DNA from: Puniceicoccaceae bacterium
GTDB lineage: Bacteria > Verrucomicrobiota > Verrucomicrobiia > Opitutales > Oceanipulchritudinaceae
DNA: 64,000 nt
Assembly (NCBI GenBank): GCA_040830765.1
Contig: JBFOMH010000004.1
Coordinates: 192,001-256,000, forward strand
Reading direction: 5' to 3'
In this document: piece by piece, positions 9,277 to 18,055 of the stretch
How the letters are laid out: every line of letters begins with the position of its first letter
Position numbering within the stretch: position 1 is the first letter of the stretch
Notes under the pieces: model-generated
What the model was told of the DNA's origin: nothing
The model's database searches: none
What the model saw: only the letters and a program-made list of their open reading frames with translations
Translations under genes and position numbers: made by a program

Positions 9277-9707
9277 ACCGGGTCCTCCGAGAGCGGGAGG
9301 ATTCCATGAACGGTTTCCGGAATACTCTTTGGCCGCCCCGTCTCCACATCAACAAATACCCAGTCGGTTTCGCCTCGGGCAATGAGCTTGTTGTCATCCA
9401 AACGGAGAAAGGAGTACCTCCGCATGGAGCGAACCCGGCGCATGTTGTTGACCCAGGTAACCGCCTGTATCCGGTCGCCCTCAAAGGCCGGCCGCAAGTA
9501 CTCGATGTGGTGGGAGCGCGCCACCCAGGTGGCCCCGTTCGCCTCGTTCACGGCCTGCCCGCCAACCGTGTTCCAGTGCTTCACGGCAAGGTCCTGCATC
9601 CACTGGACGTACTTCACGTTGTTGACGTGGCCATTCCGATCGATCGCTTCTTTGTGCACCGTAAAGGCGTGGCTGAACCGCTCTGGAAGGCTAAATTCCT
9701 TTTCCAT
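9273..9707 (-). CDS. Acyl-CoA thioesterase (4HBT/YbgC hot-dog fold)
   Basis: IDRNGHVNNVKY motif; real start taken at MEKEF (9707), the longer ORF overlaps the transporter antisense. Confidence 0.88.
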   Translation of the reverse strand: MEKEFSLPERFSHAFTVHKEAIDRNGHVNNVKYVQWMQDLAVKHWNTVGGQAVNEANGATWVARSHHIEYLRPAFEGDRIQAVTWVNNMRRVRSMRRYSFLRLDDNKLIARGETDWVFVDVETGRPKSIPETVHGILPLSEDPV

Positions 9708-9761
9708 GACTGGATTTTCATGGCACCCCACAGCTTTTGCAATTAAAGATAGTCGGGAGAT

Positions 9762-11273
9762 ATGAAAGTATCCACCAGAAGGAGAATGGGATTGCTCGGC
9801 GGCTTGCTGGTGTTCGTCTTGATGCTCCTCCTTTACAACCCTCAACCGGATCGCCCGGAGGTGGGTAATATGGCCGCCATCGCAGCGCTGATGGCCATTC
9901 TCTGGATTTTCGAGGCGGTTCCTCTCGCGGCCACGGCGCTTATTCCGATTGTCGCCTTTCCCCTGGCAGGGATTCTTGACAGCGGCATCATCGCCAAGGC
10001 CTACGTCAATTCCATCATTTTCCTCTTTATCGGGGGGTTCCTCATCGCCCTCTCGATGGAACGCTGGAACCTCCACCGGCGAATCGCGCTCAATATCATC
10101 TACCTCATCGGGCGGCGGGCGGACTTGCTCATCCTCGGCTTCATGGTTGCTTGCGGTTTCCTCTCGATGTGGATTTCCAACACCGCCACCGCTGTCATGA
10201 TGCTCCCGGTGGGCCTGGCCGTCATTAGCAAGATGGAGGAGGAGTTTGGTGGAGAAAGGGCGCATCCGGTCTCCCTCGCCCTGATGCTGGGCATTGCCTA
10301 TGGCTGTACCATCGGCGGGGTTTCCACCCTTGTCGGGACGCCCCCGAATCTTGCCTTTGTCCGCATCATCCAGGAATCCTTTCCCGATGCTCCGCCGATC
10401 ACGTTTGGCAACTGGATCATCATGGGGGTGCCGTACTCCATCGTGCTCCTGTTCACCACCTGGTTCTTACTAACACGGGTGCTTTGCCGCTTTGACAAGT
10501 CGCTCACGCTCGACCGTTCCATCCTGAGGGACGAGCTGAAGCAACTCGGACCCATGCGTTACGAGGAGAAACTCATCCTCGTGGTCTTTGCCTGTACTGT
10601 CTTTCTGTGGATCTTCCGCCGGGACCTCGATTTGGGGACTTTCACCCTGCCGGGCTGGTCAAGGCTTTGGGGCGGGTTTGATGCCGTTGACGACGGGACC
10701 ATCGCCGTCGCCATGGCCCTTGTCCTCTTCTTCCTTCCGGCTTCAAGGAATGAGCAAGCCAAGCGCCTTCTGGAAATGGATGTCTTCTCGCGTCTCCCCT
10801 GGGGGATCATTCTCCTCTTTGGCGGCGGATTCGCCCTTGCTTCAGGATTTTCCGCCAGCGGGCTTTCCCTCCACATTGGGGAATCCTTCCGGGCCCTGGG
10901 CGACATTCCGGTCCCCATCCTCCTGCTCGTCATCTGCCTCAGCGTGACCTTCCTGACCGAGCTGACCTCCAACGTGGCCACCATCACGATGCTCCTGCCG
11001 ATCCTTGCCGCCTGGGCCGCCAGCCTGCAGATGCATCCGCTCCTCTTTGCCATTCCGGCCACGATTTCGGCCTCCATGGCCTTTATGATGCCGGTGGCCA
11101 CCCCGCCCAATGCGGTCGTCTTTGGGAGCGGCCGCATCCGAATCGCCGAGATGGCCCGCACGGGACTCTTTCTCAACCTTTTCGCCGTCCTCCTGACCAT
11201 CCTCGCCGTCTACCTCTTCTTCCCCCTCGTCACTGGCGCGGCCATGGACAGCTTCCCGGCGTGGGCGAAATAG
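9762..11273 (+). CDS. SLC13/DASS family sodium:dicarboxylate symporter
   Basis: Highly hydrophobic; SMWISNTAT, GTPPN, TELTSN, PVATPPNA motifs. Confidence 0.94.
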   Translation: MKVSTRRRMGLLGGLLVFVLMLLLYNPQPDRPEVGNMAAIAALMAILWIFEAVPLAATALIPIVAFPLAGILDSGIIAKAYVNSIIFLFIGGFLIALSMERWNLHRRIALNIIYLIGRRADLLILGFMVACGFLSMWISNTATAVMMLPVGLAVISKMEEEFGGERAHPVSLALMLGIAYGCTIGGVSTLVGTPPNLAFVRIIQESFPDAPPITFGNWIIMGVPYSIVLLFTTWFLLTRVLCRFDKSLTLDRSILRDELKQLGPMRYEEKLILVVFACTVFLWIFRRDLDLGTFTLPGWSRLWGGFDAVDDGTIAVAMALVLFFLPASRNEQAKRLLEMDVFSRLPWGIILLFGGGFALASGFSASGLSLHIGESFRALGDIPVPILLLVICLSVTFLTELTSNVATITMLLPILAAWAASLQMHPLLFAIPATISASMAFMMPVATPPNAVVFGSGRIRIAEMARTGLFLNLFAVLLTILAVYLFFPLVTGAAMDSFPAWAK

Positions 11274-11396
11274 GGACCAAGGACGAAAGACTAAGGACCA
11301 AGGTCTCTTGGTTCATCGTCTGGCTGGAATAGTCCCTCCTGAAAATCCGTCTTGACCTCTACCTTTTCAGCTTCCTTAGTCCTTGGTCTTTGGTCC
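11274..11396. repeat. Two heptamer tandem arrays (RGACNAA) in inverted orientation
   Basis: GGACCAA-GGACGAA-AGACTAA-GGACCAA at 11274-11301; TTAGTCC-TTGGTCT-TTGGTCC at 11376-11396. Confidence 0.75.
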
Positions 11397-11410
11397 TTTG
11401 ACCACCGGAA

Positions 11411-11484
11411 GCGGGCGTAGTTTAATGGTAGAACTCCAGCCTTCCAAGCTGGTCGTGGGAGTTCGATTCTCCCCGCCCGCACCA
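11411..11484 (+). tRNA. trnG: tRNA-Gly (anticodon TCC)
   Basis: GCGGGCG acceptor stem, anticodon arm CCAGC-CTTCCAA-GCTGG, T-loop GTTCGATT, encoded CCA end. Confidence 0.97.
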
Positions 11485-11546
11485 TGCTTCGTTCTTCGAA
11501 CTTCGCATGGCGCAGCCATGCAGAAGTGAGATTAGAACGAAGCATG
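11483..11546. repeat. Long hairpin immediately downstream of tRNA-Gly
   Basis: CATGCTTCGTTCT/AGAACGAAGCATG perfect 13-bp outer stem, inner ACTTC-GCATGGC/GCCATGC-A-GAAGT. Confidence 0.8.
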
Positions 11547-11771
11547 CCCCGCGTAGCGCAGCGCAGCGTGGGCTAAGCAGGGGTCTACAACAACACGTGG
11601 GGCCCAGGCAAAATTTTTGGCAGAACATCGCCAGGCCCGGGATACTTTCCTGTCGACACCGAATTGGCTAAAAATTATCCTGATTCGAATTCGTTCAATT
11701 GGATAATCCCAGCTACGATCAAGCTGCGCACGGATTTTATCCATATCTCTCACAAATCAAAATCCGCACCC

Positions 11772-12836
11772 GTGAATAACTACAAACTGCCAAAATCGAT
11801 TTTCGCTAACACCGCTATCCTCATCCTGATTGCCCTATCCACGACCTTGGAAGCCCGAGACCGCGTCGAGGAGTATATCCGGGAGTATCCCAACCAGGAA
11901 CAGGTCAAGATGATGAACACATGGTTGGAAAATAATGAGAAGGGAACCTTCCAGTTCACCGGTCTTGTTGATCCCGAGGAGGGTACCGTGGTGACGCCCC
12001 AGGCGACGGTGAATTACGGGTACAACTGGTTTTCTGTCTCAGACGGGCCGGCGGTTATCCGCACGCCGCGCTACGACAAGTTCTTTTCGATATCGATCTT
12101 CGACATGAAGCACAATGTGCCTGCAGTCATTGTCGATCCTGAGAAGCCGATCCTCATCAATCGGCCGGGACAGATTATTCCTGACGGGGATTACCACATC
12201 GTTGACCTGGAGACGGACCAGGGACTCGTCCTGGTGCGCATGCTTGTTGTCGACAACGAGGAGGAGGTAATGGAACTGAGCTCCAAAATCGTCATGGAAG
12301 GCGGCAAGGGGGACATGGCCCGTGACGTCCAGCGCTTCTCCAAGGAAACGGAGGTGAACGCCCATACCGTTATCGATGCGGTGATCTCCTACGCGAATCC
12401 GGATGATGCCTTTGGAAAGGTTAGCGGCGACGTGAGTTTCCTCGACCTCGCCGCTGGGGTGAAACTGGGCCAACTGGGCACCCCAAAGGATACCGTCCGC
12501 TATGGGACTATCCTTACCGATGATGCAGGTCAGCCACTCAACGGAGAGGATACCTACATCGTTACGGTACCCGCGGGCCTGCACAAGGAGGGTGGGTACT
12601 TCTCCGTCACCCTGTATGGTGCTGACAACAAGCTCCTAATCCCGAACGAGATGAATCGTTATGACCGGACAACCTTCTCGTCCGAGCCGAACACCGACGG
12701 CACCTATACCCTGACCCTCAGCCCCAGCGGCGAAGGGAAAAACGCCATCCCCACCGGCAAACCCTTTTACGGCATCCTGCGGGCCTACGTGCCCAATCCG
12801 GATGCCAGCATGCGGGTTTTCGTGAAAAAGCAGTAG
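11772..12836 (+). CDS. Secreted DUF1254/DUF1214-like protein
   Basis: Signal-peptide-like N-term from GTG 11772; VVTPQ, GYFSVTLY, NTDGTYTL, ILRAYVP resemble DUF1254/1214. Confidence 0.75.
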   Translation: MNNYKLPKSIFANTAILILIALSTTLEARDRVEEYIREYPNQEQVKMMNTWLENNEKGTFQFTGLVDPEEGTVVTPQATVNYGYNWFSVSDGPAVIRTPRYDKFFSISIFDMKHNVPAVIVDPEKPILINRPGQIIPDGDYHIVDLETDQGLVLVRMLVVDNEEEVMELSSKIVMEGGKGDMARDVQRFSKETEVNAHTVIDAVISYANPDDAFGKVSGDVSFLDLAAGVKLGQLGTPKDTVRYGTILTDDAGQPLNGEDTYIVTVPAGLHKEGGYFSVTLYGADNKLLIPNEMNRYDRTTFSSEPNTDGTYTLTLSPSGEGKNAIPTGKPFYGILRAYVPNPDASMRVFVKKQ

Positions 12837-13022
12837 GGAGGCCCCGCCCGCACCATCCTTCGCGCCTCGCCCGCCTGCGCGGGATTGTAGATTCGGATGG
12901 CAAGCCACGGGTGGCCCCATTCAAAGAAGCTGTGATGAGTCATTTACTTTACTGGAATAAACTTTATTTAAACACAGTTTTTTTCCTTTACCCGTCTAAA
13001 CTTCCTCTATTTAAAGGAAAGG

Positions 13023-14189
13023 ATGAAACGCCGATCAAATCCCTTTCGTTATGAATTCATCGAGGAGGAGCCGGAAGTCATTGACCGGGTGAGTGAGCGT
13101 GAGCGGATCCGCGAGGCGCTGATGGAACCAGGGTCCCGGCTGCTGGTGCACGGGCGTCGCCGGATGGGGAAGACGACCGTCTGCAAGGCGGTGGTGAACG
13201 AGCTACGGCAGGCGGGCCAGGCGGTTTTACTGGTGGATTTCTCGACGGCGACGCAGCTGGCGGATTTATCTAATGCGCTGCTGGGGAAGATAACGGAGGT
13301 GCTGGGCAAGCGCTGGCAGGATTATGTCAGCGGCTTGATGAAGGCGCTGAGCCTGCAGCTGGAGACGGAGGTGGACGGCATGACGGGCAACATCAAGGTC
13401 CGGCTCAAGCCATCGGCCCGGAAGGCCCCGATGGATGAGCAGCGGTCGACCTTCATTGGCATTCTCAACCAGGCCAACGCGCTGGCCCGGGAAAAGGGGA
13501 CGCATCTGGGAATCGTCATTGATGAGTTCCAGGAGCTGGCCCGTTTCGAGGAAGAAGCGACCCTCTGGAACCTGCGGGGTGAAATCCAGCACCATGCGAA
13601 CATCAGTTACGTCTTCACGGGATCGCGGGTGCACATGATTCGGATCCTCATTTCCAGCGACCGGGCATTCTACAAGATGTTCGGGGTGGTGAATTTCGAT
13701 CCGGTTCCCGGAGACGAGATGGCGGACTGGATCGACTCAAAGTTCAAGGAGGCAGGCGGCGACCCCGGTGATGCGATCACGCGGTTGCTGGAGGTGGCGG
13801 AAACCTGCACCGTCGACCGCTTGAGGATGGCGGCGGTGTGCTTCACCATGGCCCAGGGACGTTCCCTGACCGAGGACATGGTCTTGAAAGCGAGGGCGGC
13901 CATTGTGGAGGAGGACCGGGCCTACTTCCACAGCGACTGGCAACAGATGACCGCCCACCAGCAGAATGTCCTCCGGGCCCTTGCTGAGGGGGAACGGCGC
14001 CTGACCAGCGAGGGGGTGCGGGAGCGATTCAGTCTGCCGACAAGCGGAAGCGTGACAAACACGCTGAAATCCCTGCTGGAACGGGGTATTTTGTATGAGC
14101 TGGAAACGGCACCCGGATATGCCTTCGACAATCCCTTCTTCAGGCAGTGGATCCGGATGCGGAACCGGGATGACCTGGGTTTGGGTTGA
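13023..14189 (+). CDS. AAA-type ATPase (archaeal ATPase-like) with probable C-terminal winged helix
   Basis: NPF N-term motif, Walker A HGRRRMGKT, Walker B IVIDEFQ, FTGS, C-term FDNPFFRQW; AAGGAAAGG RBS. Confidence 0.85.
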   Translation: MKRRSNPFRYEFIEEEPEVIDRVSERERIREALMEPGSRLLVHGRRRMGKTTVCKAVVNELRQAGQAVLLVDFSTATQLADLSNALLGKITEVLGKRWQDYVSGLMKALSLQLETEVDGMTGNIKVRLKPSARKAPMDEQRSTFIGILNQANALAREKGTHLGIVIDEFQELARFEEEATLWNLRGEIQHHANISYVFTGSRVHMIRILISSDRAFYKMFGVVNFDPVPGDEMADWIDSKFKEAGGDPGDAITRLLEVAETCTVDRLRMAAVCFTMAQGRSLTEDMVLKARAAIVEEDRAYFHSDWQQMTAHQQNVLRALAEGERRLTSEGVRERFSLPTSGSVTNTLKSLLERGILYELETAPGYAFDNPFFRQWIRMRNRDDLGLG

Positions 14190-14217
14190 AAGCAGGGCTC
14201 GAAAAAAACCTGGAGCG

Positions 14218-15111
14218 ATGTCCATGAATAGAAACAAGGGCAAGACCAAGCACCTCATCATCTTCGGTGAAGTCCTCTTTGACAACTTCCCGGATGGGAA
14301 GAGTGTACTTGGGGGGGCGCCATTCAATGTGGCCTGGTCCCTGAATGGGTTTGGCCGGAAACCGGTCTTTGTCAGTTCCGTTGGGTCGGACGCGAACGGC
14401 GCGGCCATCCGGGAGCAGATGGAGGCATGGGAGATGGACTGCGGGGGATTGCAGACCGACCCGGCGCACCTGACCGGTGAAGTCAGGGTTACCATCGAAA
14501 ACGATGAGCCCTCCTACGAAATTTGCACCGACCGCGCCTGGGACTTCATCGATGATGAAAAGTATGCCGCCGAAGGCCTGCTTTACCACGGCTTGCTGGC
14601 CCTGCGGAGTCCAGTCTCCCGCGCCACCCTGCAACGGATGGTTGAGCGGTCTCCGGCGCAGCGCTTTTTCGATATCAATCTGCGGCCTCCATATACGGAT
14701 CTTGATGTCCTGAAAAAATGGCTACATCAGACGGGCTGGCTGAAGCTGAATATCGACGAGTTGCGCCACCTCCTCGATGACGCCGGGATCACGCTGGAGA
14801 ATTGCGGGGAAGCCATCGACCAGCTGCGGGAGACGTATTCAATTGGCAACGTTGTCCTGACAGGCGGGGCCAGCGGTGCGGTGTTGCATGGGGATTATGG
14901 ATACGTTGCCTGCCTCCCGGCGCCCCAGCCGGATCCGTTTATCGATACTGTGGGTGCCGGGGATGCCTTTTCCGCCGCGACGATTGAGGGAATCCTGCTC
15001 GGGTTGCCAGCTGAGGAGATCGTCACCACGGCCAGCCACTTTGCTGCAAAAGTGTGCGGCCTGCGCGGTGCGACGACGACCAACCGAAGCTTTTACACTG
15101 CGGTCTATTAA
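14218..15111 (+). CDS. PfkB-family carbohydrate kinase (fructokinase-like)
   Basis: FGEVLFD, GGAPFNVA, FDINLR, DTVGAGDAF. Confidence 0.93.
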   Translation: MSMNRNKGKTKHLIIFGEVLFDNFPDGKSVLGGAPFNVAWSLNGFGRKPVFVSSVGSDANGAAIREQMEAWEMDCGGLQTDPAHLTGEVRVTIENDEPSYEICTDRAWDFIDDEKYAAEGLLYHGLLALRSPVSRATLQRMVERSPAQRFFDINLRPPYTDLDVLKKWLHQTGWLKLNIDELRHLLDDAGITLENCGEAIDQLRETYSIGNVVLTGGASGAVLHGDYGYVACLPAPQPDPFIDTVGAGDAFSAATIEGILLGLPAEEIVTTASHFAAKVCGLRGATTTNRSFYTAVY

Positions 15112-15132
15112 CCGCTGAATCCGGAGCTAAGG

Positions 15133-17871
15133 TCAGAGTGCCTCAACCCTGAGGCGCATGAACTGGCGGGCATCTGATGCGACCGGGTTGGCCATACGAA
15201 TGACCACGTCCTCGGTCCCGTCTCCATTATCGACAACGCTGTGCTCGACGATGTCCGAGGGTCCGGCAGGATCCCAGTTCTCGAGGTCGGTGGAGACTTC
15301 CACGGTGACGTCGAGTCCGGACAAATCCTGAAGGCGAGTAAAGGCGATGGCTGTGTGGGCCTGTTCGCCTATGACAATCCTTTGTGAATGCGGCCGGCAG
15401 GTGTCGGCGACATCCCATGGATCGCTTCCCATGGCGATTTCGGCAATATTATCCACCCCGTCATCATCGTAGTCCCCGCTTTCCGGGAGGACGGCGTAAG
15501 AGGCAGACTCCATCAGGGTGGGGGGGCACTTCCCGTTTTGGTCCCAGAGATCAAACATCTCCTGGCCCTTGGAGTTGGTGGTGTTTTCATCGCGCAGGAA
15601 CTCGATGAATTCCTTGCTCGTGCTCTGGTAGTAAAGCTTCACTTCGGCGCGGACCGCACCGGTCGGGACCACATAAGCGGGCTCGTCCCAGTACTGGTAG
15701 TCATCGTAATGGTGGCCCACCGGGGCACCACCGAAGGCCTCGAAGGCAGCGTTGGTGAATCCCCTTGGAGGGATGCGGTTGTCCTCGAAGACCTCGTTGT
15801 TGAGGACAAAATGAAGGGAGGGTCCTACCGGCAAACCGACCACGCCGGCAATGTTCTCGCCGATACCCGGATGAATCTCATAGACCGTGGCCTCGGCATC
15901 CTTGGTCAGGACACCGGTTGATGCATCGTAGGCGGCGGATTCGCCAATCAACGTATCGAGGGCGTCATAAAACTGCACATTGAGCCAGATGCGGCGGCCT
16001 TCCGGATAGCCGGTGGGCAGTTTGTGGCCAGTCTCGTTGGTGACCCGGACCACCAGTTTGCCGACCGACCCTTCCTGGGAAAGCGTGGCCGCGTTTTCCA
16101 GCATGTAGGTAGCCCGGGCGACCCCGGACATGACAGCCGCAAGGTCCACCTCCTCCGGATGGGCCGCTGCAATCAGCGGCGGTAACCAGGTTGAGCCACC
16201 GGTCATGTCATGGAGCGGCACGTCATCGCGGTATGGGGTTTGCGGTTCAAGGGTGGGATTGGCTCCATAACCGGCAGTATCGCGCATGTGGCAATCCTGA
16301 CAGGAGGAAACCATGCCACCTGCCTTGTTCCCGGCGAACTCGGGCGCGTAAACGCCCAGCGGTGTATTGTACTGGCTGTTCAGCCATTCGCTGTAAGTCC
16401 GTTCCACCGGTGCCATGGAGTGCGGTGAATAATCCGCATTTGGTGAATCAAAGGCATTTGGCTGATAAACCCCGAATTCATCCCGGTTGAAGACGGGATT
16501 ACTGACGTCATGGCAGGTTCCGCAGATGGCTGAACTCTGATGGAAGGGTGAGAATATCCATTCGTGTGCCGGTTGGGCGTCGTCGAACGGACCCCGCTGG
16601 ATCCCGGCGGGATCGATCACGTACATGCCGTTGCCATACTCGGGTGATCCGGGGAAGGGATTGTCCAGATCCGAAAGGACAGTCAGGTCGCGCAAGGGAC
16701 TGACACCCCCTTCATAATCCGGATCGACCATGCGGTGACAGAAGTCACAGGAGACCCCAATCATGTCATCATGCTCCATGGCGCCCCCGTCGGTCGGAAC
16801 CGAGCGTCCCTGCAGCCAGCCGTTGGAAATGTGGCAGCGCAGACAGAGGTCGCCCGAATCGGGCGCGTCCTGGTTGGCAATGGCCAGATTGGCCTCAAAC
16901 AGTGGATCAATGGAAGCCAGCGACATCATGCTGCCCTGCCAGTTGTAGTAGGGCTCCACCCCGGCGTCGTAATCGCCATGGCAGGACGCACAGTCCTCCG
17001 GGCTGGCTGCTTCCAGGCCGCCCTCGAAGGGTTGGGAACCCGGCATGTCAAAATCCCGCAGGGTGGTCGGGACAACGCCTCCGGGGGGTGAGACGATGGT
17101 AAAGACAGCATCACTGACATCCTGGGCCGCGTTGGTGAACTCGTCCACGGCCTCAATCCGGATGAGGGCTGTTGTTGTGGGCCGGTTGGCCGGGTGCCAG
17201 GTGTAGCTGCCATCGTTATCCAGCCCGAGTGCCAGTTGCTTGTAGGAGCTCCCGCCGTCCGTCGATTCCCAGATGCGCACGTCGACGACTTCATTTTCGT
17301 CGGTCGCTGTCCATGTGATGGTGGTGGCCTGGTTGGCGGTTAACACTTCTCCCCCGTTGGGCGACAGGACCGTCACCACAGGCGGGGTGTCATCCGTTTC
17401 CAGTGAAGGGGTCAGGTAAGGGCTGACTTCAGACAAGGGGATGTTGCTGACCAGACCCTTGTTGCTGTCGGAGAGGCCAGGAAAGGTTGGAATATTCGGA
17501 TAGCCCAATCCGGTGCCCGTCACTTCCAGCGCTGAACTGAAGGTATCACCATCCGAATCAAGGGAACCGAGGGTCGTGATGTTGGCCGGAATGTCATCCT
17601 TGTTGCCGACACCAAGGGTCTGCAGTGCCGCTCCATAGGGATTCAAGGTCCCGCCGCCGCCAAAGTCATAGTGACAGACCCCACAGTGGCCTGAGTTGCT
17701 TGGAAGATTGTCCAGTTGAGTCCCGACAACCGATGGATAGACCGAGAAAAAGTCACTCCGGATGGGCGGCTTGGCAAGGAGACTGGAGCCAAGCAGGGAC
17801 ACCAGAAGGAGTACCTGAAGCATGCGGCGGACAGGAATAAGCAAACAAAAAGGGGCTATGGCTGCGGTCAT
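15133..17871 (-). CDS. Large secreted multiheme c-type cytochrome with Ig-like domain
   Basis: Six CxxCH motifs (CGVCH, CASCH, CLRCH, CDFCH, CGTCH, CQDCH), hydrophobic signal peptide, VLSPNGGE Ig-like module; start uncertain (17871 or 17823). Confidence 0.85.
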   Translation of the reverse strand: MTAAIAPFCLLIPVRRMLQVLLLVSLLGSSLLAKPPIRSDFFSVYPSVVGTQLDNLPSNSGHCGVCHYDFGGGGTLNPYGAALQTLGVGNKDDIPANITTLGSLDSDGDTFSSALEVTGTGLGYPNIPTFPGLSDSNKGLVSNIPLSEVSPYLTPSLETDDTPPVVTVLSPNGGEVLTANQATTITWTATDENEVVDVRIWESTDGGSSYKQLALGLDNDGSYTWHPANRPTTTALIRIEAVDEFTNAAQDVSDAVFTIVSPPGGVVPTTLRDFDMPGSQPFEGGLEAASPEDCASCHGDYDAGVEPYYNWQGSMMSLASIDPLFEANLAIANQDAPDSGDLCLRCHISNGWLQGRSVPTDGGAMEHDDMIGVSCDFCHRMVDPDYEGGVSPLRDLTVLSDLDNPFPGSPEYGNGMYVIDPAGIQRGPFDDAQPAHEWIFSPFHQSSAICGTCHDVSNPVFNRDEFGVYQPNAFDSPNADYSPHSMAPVERTYSEWLNSQYNTPLGVYAPEFAGNKAGGMVSSCQDCHMRDTAGYGANPTLEPQTPYRDDVPLHDMTGGSTWLPPLIAAAHPEEVDLAAVMSGVARATYMLENAATLSQEGSVGKLVVRVTNETGHKLPTGYPEGRRIWLNVQFYDALDTLIGESAAYDASTGVLTKDAEATVYEIHPGIGENIAGVVGLPVGPSLHFVLNNEVFEDNRIPPRGFTNAAFEAFGGAPVGHHYDDYQYWDEPAYVVPTGAVRAEVKLYYQSTSKEFIEFLRDENTTNSKGQEMFDLWDQNGKCPPTLMESASYAVLPESGDYDDDGVDNIAEIAMGSDPWDVADTCRPHSQRIVIGEQAHTAIAFTRLQDLSGLDVTVEVSTDLENWDPAGPSDIVEHSVVDNGDGTEDVVIRMANPVASDARQFMRLRVEAL

Positions 17872-18055
17872 TAGGTGGGCTTCTAGGGTATATAAAAAAT
17901 TTTTATAAACCACTGCTTATCAATTCTTTACAGAATTTAATACCCTGCTTCAAGCGAAAACCAAACCTGACTTGAAGGAGTCCGTTCAGGTTTTCTGCGG
18001 ATAGTCCATCCGCCGGGCCGCTTGCGATTTCAGGCAAACTGGCTGTACTTGTGAC

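Larger units (their letters stand above)
11471..12862. mobile_element. Integrase-less genomic islet at tRNA-Gly bounded by direct repeats of the tRNA 3' end
   Basis: CCCCGCCCGCACCAT(G/C)CTTCG at 11471-11491 and 12842-12862 (20/21 identical) flanking a single gene. Confidence 0.7.

Noticed and set aside
9720..9742. Sigma-54 promoter (TGGCAC...TTGC)
   Set aside because: GG-to-GC spacing does not fit the strict -24/-12 geometry
9708..10265. N-terminal extension of the thioesterase ORF
   Set aside because: Overlaps the DASS transporter on the opposite strand; thioesterase homology begins at MEKEF (9707)
11274..11580. CRISPR array
   Set aside because: Repeats are heptamers and hairpins without spacer periodicity; no cas genes
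12945..12980. dif/Xer-like site (ATAA...TTAT)
   Set aside because: The spacer between arms is 3 nt rather than 6 and the arms match poorly; a similar weak match near 54530 was also dismissed
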